Under the pieces are notes generated by a model. That model searched no databases. It saw only the letters and a list, made by a program, of their open reading frames with translations, and was not told the DNA's origin. DNA of 63,989 bases, counting the filler, from Catajapyx aquilonaris (lineage: Eukaryota), in assembly GCA_000934665.2 (NCBI GenBank). It is 2 parts of 2 records of this genome, joined end to end, with 100 filler letters (N's around TTAATTAATTAA, not from the genome) between each part and the next. Parts side by side here need not be neighbours in the genome. Positions count along the whole stretch, not along the records: positions 1 to 31,978 come from JYFJ02004461.1; 1 more part is not named here. One strand, 5' to 3'. Numbering within the stretch: the stretch's first letter is position 1; each line of letters begins with the position of its first letter. A program made the translations under genes and the position numbers. Of the stretch, positions 1 to 14,030 are shown piece by piece.

Positions 1-247
1 TCATCCTATCTACTTCTGGCAACCGTCGCTATCTGCATTTCTGTGGTTACAATATACGGTGCAGAGTCTACAATGAGCGCCATCACTCGACTTCACGGGA
101 CTTCTTCAGTACAGGCCTGAAGCTCTGAATAATTCTGCAACCCAACCCTGAAGTTATGATTTTGTCCCCTTAAGCTGACCATCACAGTTAAATTAAATGT
201 TTAAGGAGGTTGGCCCGACATTGCCTCACAACCTCCGGCTCGATCAA

Positions 248-782
248 CCCTCACAGTCTTCCCTGAGGATGTCCCGAGAATGACCCTTAGTCCTCCATGA
301 TGGTTGACCAGTAGTATGGAACACACTGATCCCATGCCAGTGGCACGGTAACCACATAGGAGTCCTGTACTACCTCGGATATAGTAGACCAGAGCCCCAC
401 GCCAGATGATTTAACGAATTTTAACAGCAATTTCACGATCTTTAACATTAATTTCACTCTTAAGAAGTGTAACGACCATTATACCGTTGAGACGATATTT
501 TAACGTGAAATTTTCGTTAAGTCGTTAAAATCGTTAAAATATTGTAGGGGATTATCTGGCGTGGGACTCTGGTCTACTATATCCGAGGTAGTACAGGACT
601 CCGATGTGGTTACCGTGCAACTGGCATGGGACCAGTGTTTTCCATACTACTCTGAACCCTACAGTCTTCCCTCAGGATGTCCCAATGACCCAGTCATCCC
701 TGAGGATGTCCCAAGAATGACCTTTATAGTCATTTTTGAGGATGTTCCAAAAATGACCATCACAGTCTTCCCTGAAAATGTC
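248..782 (+). repeat. Degenerate ~35-bp tandem repeat (CACAGTCTTCCCTGAGGATGTCCCAAGAATGACC), interrupted by the MITE
   Basis: Units are visible at 248-300 and 657-782. Confidence 0.7.
310..651. mobile_element. MITE with ~100-bp inverted arms
   Basis: 310-410 (AGTAGTATGGAACACACTGATCCCATGCCAG...GCCAGAT) is the inverted complement of 551-651. It sits inside a ~35-bp tandem repeat. Confidence 0.8.
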
Positions 783-1624
783 TATTCCTAACCAAACATG
801 CCAACTGACTTCCCTGAAACTGCTCCTTATTCCAACACACCATCTTTAATCCAAGATGGTTCCAAGTATATATCTCAGTCGCATCACCACCCCAAAATCT
901 CTGCGCCAAACAAAAGGGGGAAGGAGCGAATATTTTTCCCCTCGTTTTGCCGGGTCACAACCTCTTGGCAGGCGCCATTTTCAGGCTGGTGGGCACAAGT
1001 GACTCCAACCGTCCGAAAGCAAAACCCCCATCTCTATTCATAAATGCATCGGCGTAGCCAGGGATGACAAAAGTCTTCACTACAGAGAGACCGAGAGCAA
1101 AGGAGGGGTAAACAAGGGTCGTACGCGTTGGTGCGTTCGTGTCTCGACTTGTTGTCGATTGAAAGGCAAAAGAATTGCCCCTCGGAGGGAAGTGATATCG
1201 ACTTTTGCACGGACCCTCAACTCTCGTCGCCACCCGGCAAAACTTTCTGCGATTTTCTTTTGTACGGGAATGTGCTTACATGGAGGGGTTTGCCGAGGTG
1301 GAAGCACAGAAGTACCCACTACACCAATCTTTCGTTTTTTGTCCCTTCCTTCAAGTTTTCTGGAGCTCTAGTTCGAACCAGCCTCAAAGCACGACCAGCT
1401 TGTTTGCCTTCGAAATTAATCCATTAATCCCTGTCCCTTGGAGTGCCGCGTATTATGACTCAGCCTGTTTTATTCATGTTTCCAACTCTGGTATTTGAGG
1501 GAAATTGGGGTTGACAAGGTAGCTGGTAATACCTACTGCGTAGGACACTAAGGGCCTATGGCACCAGCGCATGTATGGTGCTGGACATTAGTGGTGTTGT
1601 ACGGTGTAGCCTGCAGACTCGGGA

Positions 1625-1985
1625 CAGATCGAGTCATGACTTTACATGTTCTGCCTCCAGACGGTCATGTGACTCTAAAGCGTCGCGACGCGTCGCCTCC
1701 AGACTCTGGACATAGTTATGTGACTGGAGGTGCTGCCTACTTACGGTCATGTGACTGGAGGTACGGCTTACATACGGTCATGTGACTCTAGCGTCGCGAC
1801 GCGTCGTTTTCAGATTCTGGACAGAGCAAGTCATGACTCTAGAGGTGCTGCGTCCAGACTCTGAACTGAGAAGGCCATATGAGAGACTCTAGTCATATGA
1901 CCTCTGCCCAGAGCCTGGACACAGCACCTTTAGAGTCATGACTAGGTGGACTAGGTCATATGACTCTAGATGTGCCGCGTACAGA
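1625..1985 (+). repeat. Repeat array with palindromic core CGTCGCGACGCGTCG and GTCATGTGAC motifs
   Basis: Cores at about 1681 and 1792. Inverted homolog at 6690-7400. Confidence 0.75.
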
Positions 1986-3677
1986 CAACACTACACCGTA
2001 CAGGCTCTGGCGCAACTCCCTTTACGGTAGTCCAGGGTCAGCAGCCCTCAATCGTCCTGGACAAAATAGTTCACTGACCCCGGTGTGGCTCGGTGACGCG
2101 GTGACACTCGTTTAACCCTTTGGGTGGTCTCCACCATATGCCACGCCATTAAAGAGTTCGGTCCTCGCCCGAATCCCAAGAAAAGTTGGAACTAAAATGG
2201 CACAAAGTGTCGTAAAGATCCGGGGTATTTTGAGACCAGTCTGTCCCTCATCGCCTCGTGGGTCGCATCTGTATCGAATTCTCATCTCCAACAAGCGGCG
2301 CTCTCGAGATGAAATCCTCCAGTTTATAGATCCAAGTCCGAGGTAGGGCTAACCCCAAAATCAGATGGCGGCTTCTCTGCTTTTTGTTTACCCCTGTCAA
2401 ATGGGTTTTCAAACCCTGGGTGCCAGATCTCATTTGGATTTGGGCACGTGTACCTACGGGGTGGTCTGGATCCAAGGGGTTTGGGTCCCACAGCGATCAT
2501 AACTTTGCCAGAGGGACACTATAAAAGCTGGGCATGCCGGACAAGTTATCACCGCTCGCCGTCACGGCCTCAAACTCTTGTCGCCGGTGGGGAAAGTGGC
2601 TCCCCCTACCCCCAGTCCCTGCCCCGGCCTCCAACAGGCCTGCCCCATTTTTTCCTCCAGGGATGGATGGCTTTTCGATTCTGCACTCCACTGGGAAAGA
2701 CAAAGCACTCGACCCACGACAACGCAGTTTACCTTCCACGATTATTTATACACCAACCGTGCACTGAGATTGGGGAAGGAAAATGGTCCGGAGCCCGGAA
2801 GGTGGCTGACCAAAGATGGCGACCCGTAATTGCTAGAGTGCGGAATATCCGCCAAAATATCTTCCGGGGACCCTAAATCTTCACATCTGGAAATATGGGA
2901 GTAAAATCGATTGCCGTAGTGTAATTTATGTGGAGAAAACTACAATAACTGGACGTGGATAAAACGTGTTAGAGTAGTTAGGTCAAAGTTGGGTCTCATG
3001 TGGACTCCCTATGGCACAACAAGGCCGCTCCCATTCGCAGTGACACTGCCACTGCCCCAGTCGCAACGCCACCGCCACAGCCCCACAGTCGCAATGGCAC
3101 CACCACAGTGGCCACCGTCGCAACGCCACCACGACAGTGGCCCACTAACAATATTACCGTAACACCACCCAAAACGTGCCTTGTAAATAATCCCCCATGC
3201 CCTAGTATAGTTTGGTCCTCGCCGCAAAGGGGTGCAAAGCATCGGTTCCACGCCAGGCCTAACAAGAGGACATGACAGAGGGCCTAAAGTTTCCTCTTCT
3301 CCAAGAAGCCCCGCCCAAGAAATACAGGCGGCGCTTGGATGAGGTGTGGAAGAGGGGGATTGCTGTGAATAAGCTGCCGTCTGCTAAGTAATTGGATGCC
3401 CCGAAAACGGGTCCTAAGATGGGGAAATTAGGAAGGGGCCAAGATGGTTATCGTCTTAAACAGTGGAAAGGATCTGGGCTCATGTGAAGCGGCGTCTCCT
3501 CGTTTTTCTCCGGGAGGTTTCGGTGGCAATCCGGAGGCCTGGGAAATCAGGTGATAAAGAAGGGGTACCCCCGGAATACCCTTTCCTTTATGAACCCTTA
3601 ATGGGACACAGTATTTTTGGTGGAATTAAGAGCTTCAGATGGAGTTAGAAACGGGGAATAAGCTGGGCTCACTATAG

Positions 3678-3852
3678 GTTGCTACAATGGAATTCGTGCA
3701 AATTGCGACTTCCGCAAAGTTGCGACCGGTTGCGACCGGTTGCGACAGCAGGCTTCCAGTGTAGCGCAAGTTGCGACAGTGGCTTTCTGAGCAAGTTGCG
3801 ACAGTGGGCATCCAGCGCAATTTGCGACAGTGGGTCTCCGCTAGTTGCGCCA
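3678..3852 (+). repeat. TTGCGAC-motif array
   Basis: Repeated (G/T)TTGCGAC(A/C)GT. A related opposite-strand GTCGCAA array lies at about 3040-3140. Confidence 0.6.
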
Positions 3853-4824
3853 GTTTCGGAAGAGCTTCAAATATTTATTTTCACTCCCAACGAAACCTGA
3901 TACACCCCATGTATCATCCAACTACGGGCAACACCCTAGTTGCACATCGTATCGAATCGCCACATAAATAAAAGCGTGACAACCGCCTGTATATCTAATG
4001 TTTCCTTGCCAATAGGCCACGGGCCTATTTTTTGTGTGGACTTTGTTAGTATACCTTGTTCTATTTGGTATTCAAGACGCTCAAAGATTCCAGACGGTTT
4101 GCCTTGAAAACTGGGGAAAACCTTTCCGAGCCCCCATAAATCCCTAGTAGGCCCAAATGAGCCCGAAATTTTGAAGGGAACTAATTCCCCGGCTAAGAGA
4201 ATGAAGATATGTGCCTGTGATTACAAGCGCTGCTAATCAAGAATAATAAAATCAAGTCCATGGGACGCCCCGCTGGCTACTTGCGCTGCGCTCTCCATCC
4301 AAAATGAGTTATTATCTCGCAGAGTTACCCGAGCCCCTTTGCAGTTGGTGCAACGTTACGCGGGTATTCCCCGCAACAATTAAGGAGCTTTACTCCCTTT
4401 CCGTGTAAATACGATATATTCCTTGTCAGAACCAGGGGTATGATAAGCCAGGAAAATCCTCCCTCGCGCTTCAAGGGTCTCCTGGCGAGTGAAATTATTA
4501 TTCAACGCCTGACAGGACATTAAGGGGGTAGGAGGGGGTGAAAATATGCAGGGGGAAAAGAAGGGTTGTCAAAATACCCTCAGAAGGGGTTAGGAGGATG
4601 TTGTCAAAATATGGGAAAGTTTTTGTACCCCCTAAGGTGTCTAAATAGAGTTTTTTTTGCCACAATAGTATGGGGTGTTAACAGGAGAGTCGGCTGATAA
4701 TCTAATCAACGGTGGACGGCGGACAAACAGTGGCATTCCACAGTAGGCTGTAGTCCCAAGTAGAAACGTCCTATCTTCAAAACCTGTAGGGACGAAGCGT
4801 GCATGCTCTGTACCCTTGGGTACA

Positions 4825-5131
4825 AAGCATGTGATCTGCAGGGGAATGGATGAGTCCTAATGATCAACCGTCCCAAGGAGAAACCTCATATCTCCAAAAC
4901 CACTAACAATGATATATTTTGTACCCTTGGGTATACAGAGCATGTACGCGTCGTTCTTACTGGTTACACACATACACGTACACGTACTGGTTACGCGTAC
5001 ATGCTCTGTGCCCTTGTACCCAAAGGTACAGAGTATGTTCGCTTCGCCCTTACTGGTTTTGAAGATATGACGTTTCTCCTTAGGACGGTGGATCATCAGG
5101 TCTTACCCATTTCCTTGAAGATCATAATGCT
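4825..5131. mobile_element. Palindromic MITE, with a truncated extra arm at about 4753-4830
   Basis: CCTAATGATCAACCGTCCCAAGGAGAAACCTCATATCTCCAAAACCA pairs with 5053-5100. Opposite-strand ORFs give near-identical peptides (MINRPKEKPHISKT / MIHRPKEKRHIFKT). Confidence 0.75.
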
Positions 5132-6689
5132 CTATCGATGACCCGAATTTGGACCAACCCTTGTTCTTTCTGGAGGGGTTACACGGCATCCTCTTCGGAA
5201 CCGATACCGCTGAGGGGACGCAAGAGGGGGGATGCAAAGGCTGAGGATTTCCGGCGCCGAATACTAATTCCGTATGGATCTGGGCATTGGCCTTTTAGTA
5301 TTCGGCCCGGGGAGAGGGGGAGATAGGCAAGGGTGCATGGGAGCATTTGTCTTCCAAATCAAGCTCCTCACGTCTAAAGCTGCCATGCTCCCTTGCTGGG
5401 ATTACCCGAGCTAGAGAGAACCTGACTGTGAGAGGCCAGTGATTACTAATTAGTCAATCTGAATCAAAACAGGTAGTACTATTGACACTATAGACACTCG
5501 AAATATTTGCAGGCGGGCCGTGCCATTTGACAGCGCTACACAATAGTTACCATGCCTCCGAGCTGCCACCCGCCTCGGAACCCCTGAAAAAATGGCACGC
5601 ATTGTGCGTGAGTTCGCACCCTGAAGGCACCTTCTCCATTGTAGTCGCGAACAAATTTTTCTATGCCCTCATTGTTCAGCCATAAAGGGCCCTGGAGGCG
5701 AATTAAGATAGTTGCGACTATGGGAATCGCAACTAAATGCAAAAAACGGTACCAGCATGAAGGACCCCGTACCAGCATCTAACTGTAAAGGCCAACCCCA
5801 CCCCTTCGGGTTTCCCCCCAAAAAAGTGCTAATGAGACCTCGGCTCTCGCACCACCTACGGCTCCGTCCAGACGGAGATAATGCGGGTTTGTGGCCGCGC
5901 AACAAACCCTCCTCCTTCCAAACAAGAGCCTTTATGGAACTCCAGGAAGGCTGAAAAAGAAGGAGGATGTCTTCGCGGGTGGGCCGCGGCTAGGGCACCG
6001 CCACATCAAGGGGGACGCCCAAGCCCTGGGCCTTCCATTTGCATGCTTGCACCTCCTAGCAAGCGGCTGGCCTCAACAAGGACAGCGTAACCCGCCATGT
6101 GCGCATGCGCAGCCCACACTGAGAACTACTGCGCATGTGCATAACCCCCCCACGCTGGGCGCCATTGTCACCCGCAACCCACCCACGCTCTGCTACCATT
6201 TATAACACCCCCCGCTTTCGACCCAACGCGCATGCGCCCAACATATTCCCAAGACCCGATGCCGCCACCAATTAATCAGACGCATATACGACAACCATCA
6301 TTTATCTTCCCATCAGAGACAGATAGTGTGTCGTGGCAAACCGCTTCCGCAAAATGCTGTCGGTTCTGCATCAATCACTGCCATCTTTCATGTCGCCTGA
6401 TCAATGTATAGGTGGAAATCTGTGAGGGAAAAGGTGCGACCAGATTCTGGTTATCAATCAGGATACGGTCGGTTCATTAACCTGTACTGTACTGATCTAC
6501 ATAATTTATTGGCATTGTACAAATTAGCACCGCTTAAGGTCAGGCCGAATCGAAATAAATCCTCGGTATCGCATGTACCAATTACGGCTGCTCTAAATGG
6601 CAAACCAGTCCTGGGGCTGGTTTCAATTATTAGCGATGGCAAAATAGCGGAATAGGAAGTCATATGGGTCTCAAAAGTCATTGACTCAC

Positions 6690-7400
6690 GGTCTAGAGTC
6701 TGGACGCGACATGACCGTCTGTAGGCAACATATATGACCTACTATGCCCAGAGTCTGAAGGCGATGCGTCGCGACGTCACATGACAATCTGGAAGCATCA
6801 ATCTAAAGTCATATGACCTACTTGTACAGCGTCTGTAGGCGACGCGTCGCGACACCTTAGAGTCGTATGACCAGCTTTTCGCGGCACCTTAGCGTCATGA
6901 TTCGCTCTGTTCAGCGTCTGGAGGCGACGCGTCGCGACGCCTCCAGTCTGCAGTCTCCAGTCTGTAGTCTCCAGTCTGCAGTCTCAAGTCTGTAGTCTCC
7001 AGTCTGTAGTCTCCAGTATGCAGTCTCCAGTCTGTAGTCTCCTGTCTGCAGGCAGCTCAAGTCACATGACTATGTCCAGAGTCTGAAGGCGACGCGTCGC
7101 GACACCTTAGAGTCGCATGACCGGCTTTTCGCAGCACCTTAGCGTCATGGTTAGCTTTGTTCAGAGTCTGGAGGCGATGCGTCGCGACGCCTCCAGTCTG
7201 TAGTCTCCAGTCTGCAGACTGCAGACTGCAGACTCCAGTCTCCAGTCTCCAGTCTCCAGTCTGCAGACTCCAGTCTCCAGTCAGCAGACTCCAGTCTGCA
7301 GGCAGCTCAAGTTACATGACTATGTCCAGAGTCTGGAGGCGACGCGTCGTGACGCTTTACAGTCACATGTATACAGCACCTCTACGTATAGTCACATGAC
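6690..7400 (-). repeat. Inverted copy of the 1625-1985 array, with inserted (CTCCAGT/CTGCAGT)n heptamer tracts
   Basis: Six GGCGAYGCGTCGYGAC cores. 7300-7370 reverse-complements 1666-1740. Confidence 0.8.
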
Positions 7401-9254
7401 TAAAACAGTGGCAACTTCAAACCTTAAGACCTTAAATACTCCATCTACACAAATCACGACGCTCTTCTCCGCACGTCGTAAAACCGGGATTACATTTACT
7501 TCGAGGACGAAAATTTACTGCTTCTCATTTGTTACGTACTTCTCGCTCAGTGTTTCAGCGTATCCCTGGGAAAAGCACCATCGATCGCTCACGACTCGGT
7601 TGATCATATACATTGTCGCTAGCGATTTTTTTTGTGTCGCCTAAACAGTGTTTTTGACTTGGGGGGGGGGGGGGGAGGTCAAAGTTGGCCTCGGGGTTAG
7701 TCAGAATTATCGACATGACACACTGCGGTTTAGAGGCGGAAAACACGGAATATTTTACAACCTGCTGGGATTACACAAAACCCACAGCGATCTCCTCTCA
7801 TTTGCGCTAATCCACTCTGCGAATAGCGGACTCATCATGTCTGCTTTGGTATTCCTTCTGGCAAACCCCCCTCTAGCTTTATGCCCGTGTTAATTGAGTT
7901 AGATGAAATACCTAGAGGGCTTAGTACCCAACTTATTGTTTTGTAAAGGTCGTACACAAAAATGTCGTAAGGACCACGCCCCTATCAACACCTGAGCCTT
8001 ATAAGGATCACAATTAGCGTCACTTATCGCTCTTGATTTACCCTTGGCATTGCACAACTAGTGACCCGCTTTATTCCTGGAATTTCAGGGATGACCGGTC
8101 AGGGGTGTTCCTGCGAGAGACAAGAGTCAGCTGGAGCAGAAGGAACTAGTTTTCTGCTTGGGTTGGTCTTAGGTTGGATGCTCCATCGCAGGCACTACCA
8201 AATTTAATAGCAATGTCGATCGATATCATCGAAAATGGAAAAAAAATTAAGACTGAAGTAGACCAATGCTAGGTTTTGGCGGCCATTTTTTTGCGTGACA
8301 GATTTGGCAACTACATTGCTGAAAATGAAATATCTCGGGTACTATTTGTTCTATCATCATGCGGTAAATGGCTATTAGTTCATCAGGAAATGAGTGAAAA
8401 GATTGATCACTATCCATTTTCACCTAACGCAGTCCTAAATGGTGCAAATTTTGGCTCGAAATTTTCATTTGCGAATTTGTGCAGGATACGAAATAGTCTG
8501 AACGTCATCATACTTTTTAAAGAATAGAGTAGAACTAGTTCTATTCTCCCACCAAGTTTCAGCTGTGGAATATTCGCCTACGATTTTCTACAAATTTTTT
8601 GACAGTGATATGTACCAATCAGGTTACCTTTCTAACAATAAAAATTTGAAATTTGACCCAGCCATTCGCGACTTGTGACATTTTCGACAAATCAAACACC
8701 GCAGCATCCAATCTGGTCCACCATAAATTTTTTAACTTCACAGATCCACCTCTCTATTGATTCTACTCCTTCTAAATAGTGCAGGTCCCCCCAACGAATT
8801 GTCAACCGCAATACAGGTTAAGCTCACACAGAGTCCGACAAAAATATGAAGGGGAAACAACGTTTGTATCTAGGCCAAAATACCGTATCTGGTTTGCATC
8901 GATGCTATTGGTAGGTGGTGGGGTAGAAGGGTTGCTATAGGAGGGGGGTGGCTAGAGTCCACACATTTGAATCGATGCGCAACTCGGGTAAAATGTGCGG
9001 TCGAGCTTGAATGGGAAAATTGGCTGCTGTATTAGTCATTATGCTGAAAGAGTGCCCAGCGACTATAGCCCCGAGAGCGGTTTGTTGAATAATGCTAATT
9101 CCACACGTCATAATTAGACCACACAACACGCATTTTCCCTGTATTTGACCCTTTTTTGTGGGACAGCGACACTTTTCCAGGACATGACGACGCTCCAATA
9201 GCAGTTTGCAGTACTGTAGGAATGGTGTAATATAATAAATAAATGAATAAATCT

Positions 9255-9990
9255 AATCGAGCCATATCGAACCGAACTAATCCGATCCGAACTGCAATAA
9301 ACCGATCAGAACTTAAATAAACTGATCAAATCCGATTGGAACCTAGCTAAACCGATTTGAACCGAACTAGACCGATCTGAACCGATTTGAACCGCAATAA
9401 ACCGATCCGAACCGAAATAAACTGATCAGATCCTACTGGAACCGAACTCAACCGATTTTTACCGAACTAGACCAATCCGATCCGATTGGGACCGAACTAT
9501 AAATCTATCTGAACCGTACTAGACCGATCTGAACTGATTCTATCCACAATAAACCGATCAGATCTGAAATAATCTGATCAAATCCGACTGGGACCGAACT
9601 AAACCGATCTAAACCGAACTAGACCGATCTGAACCCATTGGAACCGAACTAAACCGATCTGAACCGAACTATAGACCGATCTGAACCCATTGGAACCGAA
9701 CTAAACCGATCAAATCTGATATAAACCGAACTAAACCGATTCTATATGATCCGAAACGAAATAAACAAATCAGACCCGAAATAAACCGAACTAAATCTAT
9801 CCTATATGATTTGAACCGATCTGAACCGACCCGAACCGAAATAAACCGACCAGATCGGATTAGAACATATCTTATCCGATTCGAACCGAACTTAACCGAT
9901 CCTATACTATCTTAACCGATCCTATACGATCTTAACCGAACTATATCGATACTATACGATAATAACCGAACTAAACCGATCCTATCCGAA
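9255..9990 (+). repeat. AACCG/ATCYG pentamer-based array
   Basis: Repeated GAACCGAACTAAACCGATCT variants. Confidence 0.85.
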
Positions 9991-11189
9991 CAGTACAAAT
10001 ATCTTCTTGACCAATCATATAATGACACCCCCCCCCTACTTACACCTTATATTCGTCCTGTATACAACATGTAGACTCCGGATTAATCCGGCAGGAGTCT
10101 CCCAAAGCTTTCTGGCAGAAAAATCATAGGCGGAAACGTCTACTGGCTTGCAGAAATGGGCTGCTCTTTTCAAAGCCAATGTCCTGCCTGCACTGTAAGC
10201 GACGCCTTCCCGGCGCCAGAAAGAGATAGCTCAGCTACCCCCCCAAAGTCGCAGCCTCTCTTTATTTCCAACCCCCCCTTCCAAATGACGCATATTGTCA
10301 ACAACCCTGCAAAAAAGAGAGAGAGAGAGAGAGAAAAAAAAATCTAGCCTCCAGATGTCAATATTGTCTAAAGTTTCCCTTAATCACACTTCAAGATTTA
10401 TTTCCCTAAGTTTTTTCTATGGTGACTATAATTAACGAGCGATTCATGTAAAGAGATGTATCGATTATTTTTCAAAATGTCACAATTTTTTGGAGGGGAG
10501 GGAATTCCCAGGACGGGTCATCTGCATTTCTGGGCCGAATTTTGCACAACATTACAGTCGGCTGAATATATGATTGATCTATCATAGAATATCCTCGTCA
10601 GAAAAAAAAAATGACAGATCCTCATTTTTTTTTCCTAGAGCTAAATATTGATCAACTTTTTTTTTTTTGAAGTTATATTAATTTTTTTTTTTGTAGTTCC
10701 TAGAATTCCTCTGGTAAAAAGTCATGCTGCAGAAAGCTCTAGGGTTTTTTATTTCGACCGATTGCAGTCTATAAAGTGAAATATTCAGGGATATGGTTCT
10801 TCGATCTATTTTTTTTCTAGATGCCATGCCGAAGCTGCTGGCTTCTGGAATGTATGCCAGCTTCGGCTTCTGTTTATATGGCTAGAGCTTCTACTAAAAA
10901 AAATATATAGAATTCTGGAAACGCTCGGCTGCAGCTGAGTTTTCTAGTGCATGGAAATAATGTTATGTGAACATAAAATAGTGACTGGTTCGAGCTGGAT
11001 GGGAGTTACTTGTTTGCTATGGCATTCAGCAGTTTTTTTTTCAATTTTTTAAAGTAGTTTTTCGTTCGCTTTTTTTTAATCAGTGCTATTTATTTTATAG
11101 GGCAGGAGGCCTGTAAGAAGTTCAGGGATAGTTTTACTGAAAGTAGTTATTAAATTATTGGAAAAATGTGCATTTATTGGGTTCGATAC

Positions 11190-12090
11190 ATCATGATGCA
11201 TTTTACTATTTTTCATACTTTTTCTGCATTTCATGCTTTCACTGTATTTTTTAACCATTGTTATGTATTTGCTCTATTTTTCCTATATTTTCAAAATATT
11301 TTCTATGTTTTTCCAGCGTTCTCATAATATTTTCCGGTATTTCATGCTCATGCATGCTCTATATTTCCCTACATTTTCCTACATTTTATGAATTTTCTCT
11401 ATTTTACCTTTATGGTCTGGTCGCCGTAACTCTGACACAGTACCTTCTTACATTGTTATGTATTTTCTGTATTTTTCTTACATTTTTATGTATGTTCTTT
11501 GTGTGCCTACATTTTCTTACATTTTTTTTGTATTTTTCGTACATTTCCATGCATTCACGGTATTTTTCTTATTTTTATTTGCATGTTTCCTACATGTTAT
11601 GTATTAATATATTTTTCATACATTTTCATCTATTTTCCTTATTTTCCTGCATGTTCCTGTATTTTCAGAATATTTTCTGTACTGTATTCTTACACTTTCA
11701 TAATATTTTAGGCACTGTATTCCTACACTTTCGTGTATTTTCTGTATTTTTCCTGTATTCCTACACTTTCATGTATTTTCTGTATTTTCTGTATTTTTCC
11801 AGTATTCCTACACTTTCATGTATTTTCTGTATTTTCCTGTATTTCCATCCATTCACTGCATTTTCCTGTATTTCCATCCGTTCACTGTATTTTCCTGTAT
11901 TTCCATCCATTCACTGTATTTTCCTGTATTTCCATCCGTTCACTGTATTTTCCCTGAATTTTCTGCATTTTCCCGACATGTTATGTAGCGTATTAATGTA
12001 TTTTTCCTGGATACTCGTATATATTTTATGTATTTCCCTACATTTTCATCAATGATCTGCATGTTCCCTACATTTTCATATATTTTCACC
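11190..12090 (+). repeat. T-rich low-complexity/minisatellite region (CTGTATTTTC...)
   Basis: A 29-bp unit TTCACTGTATTTTCCTGTATTTCCATCC(A/G) is repeated at 11830-11950. Confidence 0.8.
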
Positions 12091-12796
12091 CAATTTCCAC
12101 AAATAATGTTCTCAATTGATAGAAAAGTCATAAAAACGGAAAAATATAGGAATATCCACGAAAATACAAAAATAGGACTAGCACACACTCGTACATATAA
12201 AGTACAGAAAAATTGTCAACATTAATGAAACAGAAAAGAGCTTAAACTAATTCCGATTATCAACCATCCGGACGAGTATAGGTACCGATGCTACCTTATA
12301 CACCCGCAGGATACATGCATCCAGAAAATCGCAGCTAACTTAATATGCTACAAGCGTTTTGAACCAACCCACTGCCAATAACATAAAAAAAAACTTTGCC
12401 TTCAAGAACAAGCACTCTCCATATGATTAATGCAATCGTTTTGCCTTCAGAAGTTACGCAGCCGGGTAATTTGTACCGTTTGCGTAAATTTAGTGCGCTT
12501 TTATCTGTGCCCTACCCCGAGGCAGAATAAGCCGCTCCTAAAAGCACCACCCTCCCACCAATTATCGGTTGGGTAATACGCACCGTTGCCAGGGACAAGG
12601 ACCATGTATTTCTGCATTGCTACATAATTAAACCCCGCACAAACTTTCCATGCAATTGTTGCTTCAACTTCTTATATCTAGAGGGTACAAATTATAACCA
12701 CTGAACGTGACAAGTTTGTACATACGGTGTGGACGGCCAAGTAAAAGCGTGTAATTAAGCTGCTATCGTGTAATAAATAACTTTAAACAAATAAAT

Positions 12797-13030
12797 AAAC
12801 CGAACAGAACCGATCCAAACCAGTCCATTCGAAACGAACCTAACCGTCCGAACCGATCCCATTCGAGACGAACTTAACTGATCCGAACCGATTAAGAACC
12901 AATTCGAAACGAAACTATCCGATCCTAACAGATTCGAACCGATTTGAAACGAACCTATCCGATCTGAACCGATCCAAACTAATTCGAACCAATTTGAAAC
13001 GAAACCGAACCGAACAAATTCGAAACTGAC
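12797..13030 (+). repeat. Second AACCG/ATCCG array
   Basis: GAAACGAACCTATCCGATC variants in the same orientation as 9255-9990. Confidence 0.75.
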
Positions 13031-13429
13031 AAAGCCAGTCGAAACTTGTAGACATATTAGTCAAAAAAATATTCAGCCCTAACTATTTCCTATAAACAGC
13101 AAAATATATCGTGCTAACAAGCCTATAGATGTCGATGATCGATTTATCGAAAATGTGCCAGCTACACCCAAAAACCGTGATTCATGCGATTATTTTCATA
13201 ACCGCAATTTATATGTAATTGGAACGATGCATAATGCAACACCCTCTGGACACACGTCATTATAATAACCGGCCCCCTGTTCCAACCCCCCCAACATGTA
13301 CAACAAAGCTCTACGATTAAGACAAATTCAAATCGTCACTATTCATACCTGACAACAATGACATCGTACATTCGAATAGTTGTCATTTGCAAGGTTGCAC
13401 GGACAGGAAAATAAATTTGGTAACAAGTT

Positions 13430-14030
13430 GATCGGTTTAACGGTTTTAACGGTTCTTCACAATTGTGGTGGAATCAACGGTTTGTCACAAATTCTGTGGT
13501 GGTTTTAGCTGGTTTTCTCAACTGTTATGGTTTTAACGGTTTTCTTCGGTTTAACGATTTGTAACTGGTTTTCTCAACTGTTATGGTTATAACGGTTTTC
13601 ATAGGTTTAACGGTTAGTAACTGTTTTTCTTCGGTTTAACGGTTTTTCTCTACTGTGGCGGTTTTAATAGCTTTTCTCTAATATGGTTGTTTTAACAGAT
13701 TTTATCAATTATAGTGGTTTTATCGGGCTTTCTTCGGTTTTAAGCTTTTTCTCGACTATACGGCGGGTTTAACGGTTTTTATAAACTGTGATGGTTTTAA
13801 CCAATTTTAACAGTTTTGCACAACTGTGATAGTTTAAACTTATTTTCTCAACTGTGGTGGTTTTATCAGTTTTTCTCAACAATGGTGGTTTTAAGGGCGT
13901 TTCTTCTGTTTAACGGTTTGCAACTGTTTTTCTCAACAATGGTGGGTTTAACGGTTTTTCTCTTACTTAACGGTTTGCAATGGTTTTTCTTCGGTTTAAC
14001 GGTTTTCCTCCAGATTCTTCGGTTTGAACG
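13430..14030 (+). repeat. TTAACGGTTTT / TTCTCAACTGT array
   Basis: Many degenerate units of GGTTTAACGGTTTTTCTC. Confidence 0.8.

Noticed and set aside
9255..9990. Telomeric repeat
   Set aside because: Degenerate AACCG/ATCCG mix, not a homogeneous TTAGG or TTAGGG tract.
11258..12055. 265-aa hydrophobic ORF
   Set aside because: Translation of a T-rich minisatellite (F/L/C/Y/I-rich) with no domain.
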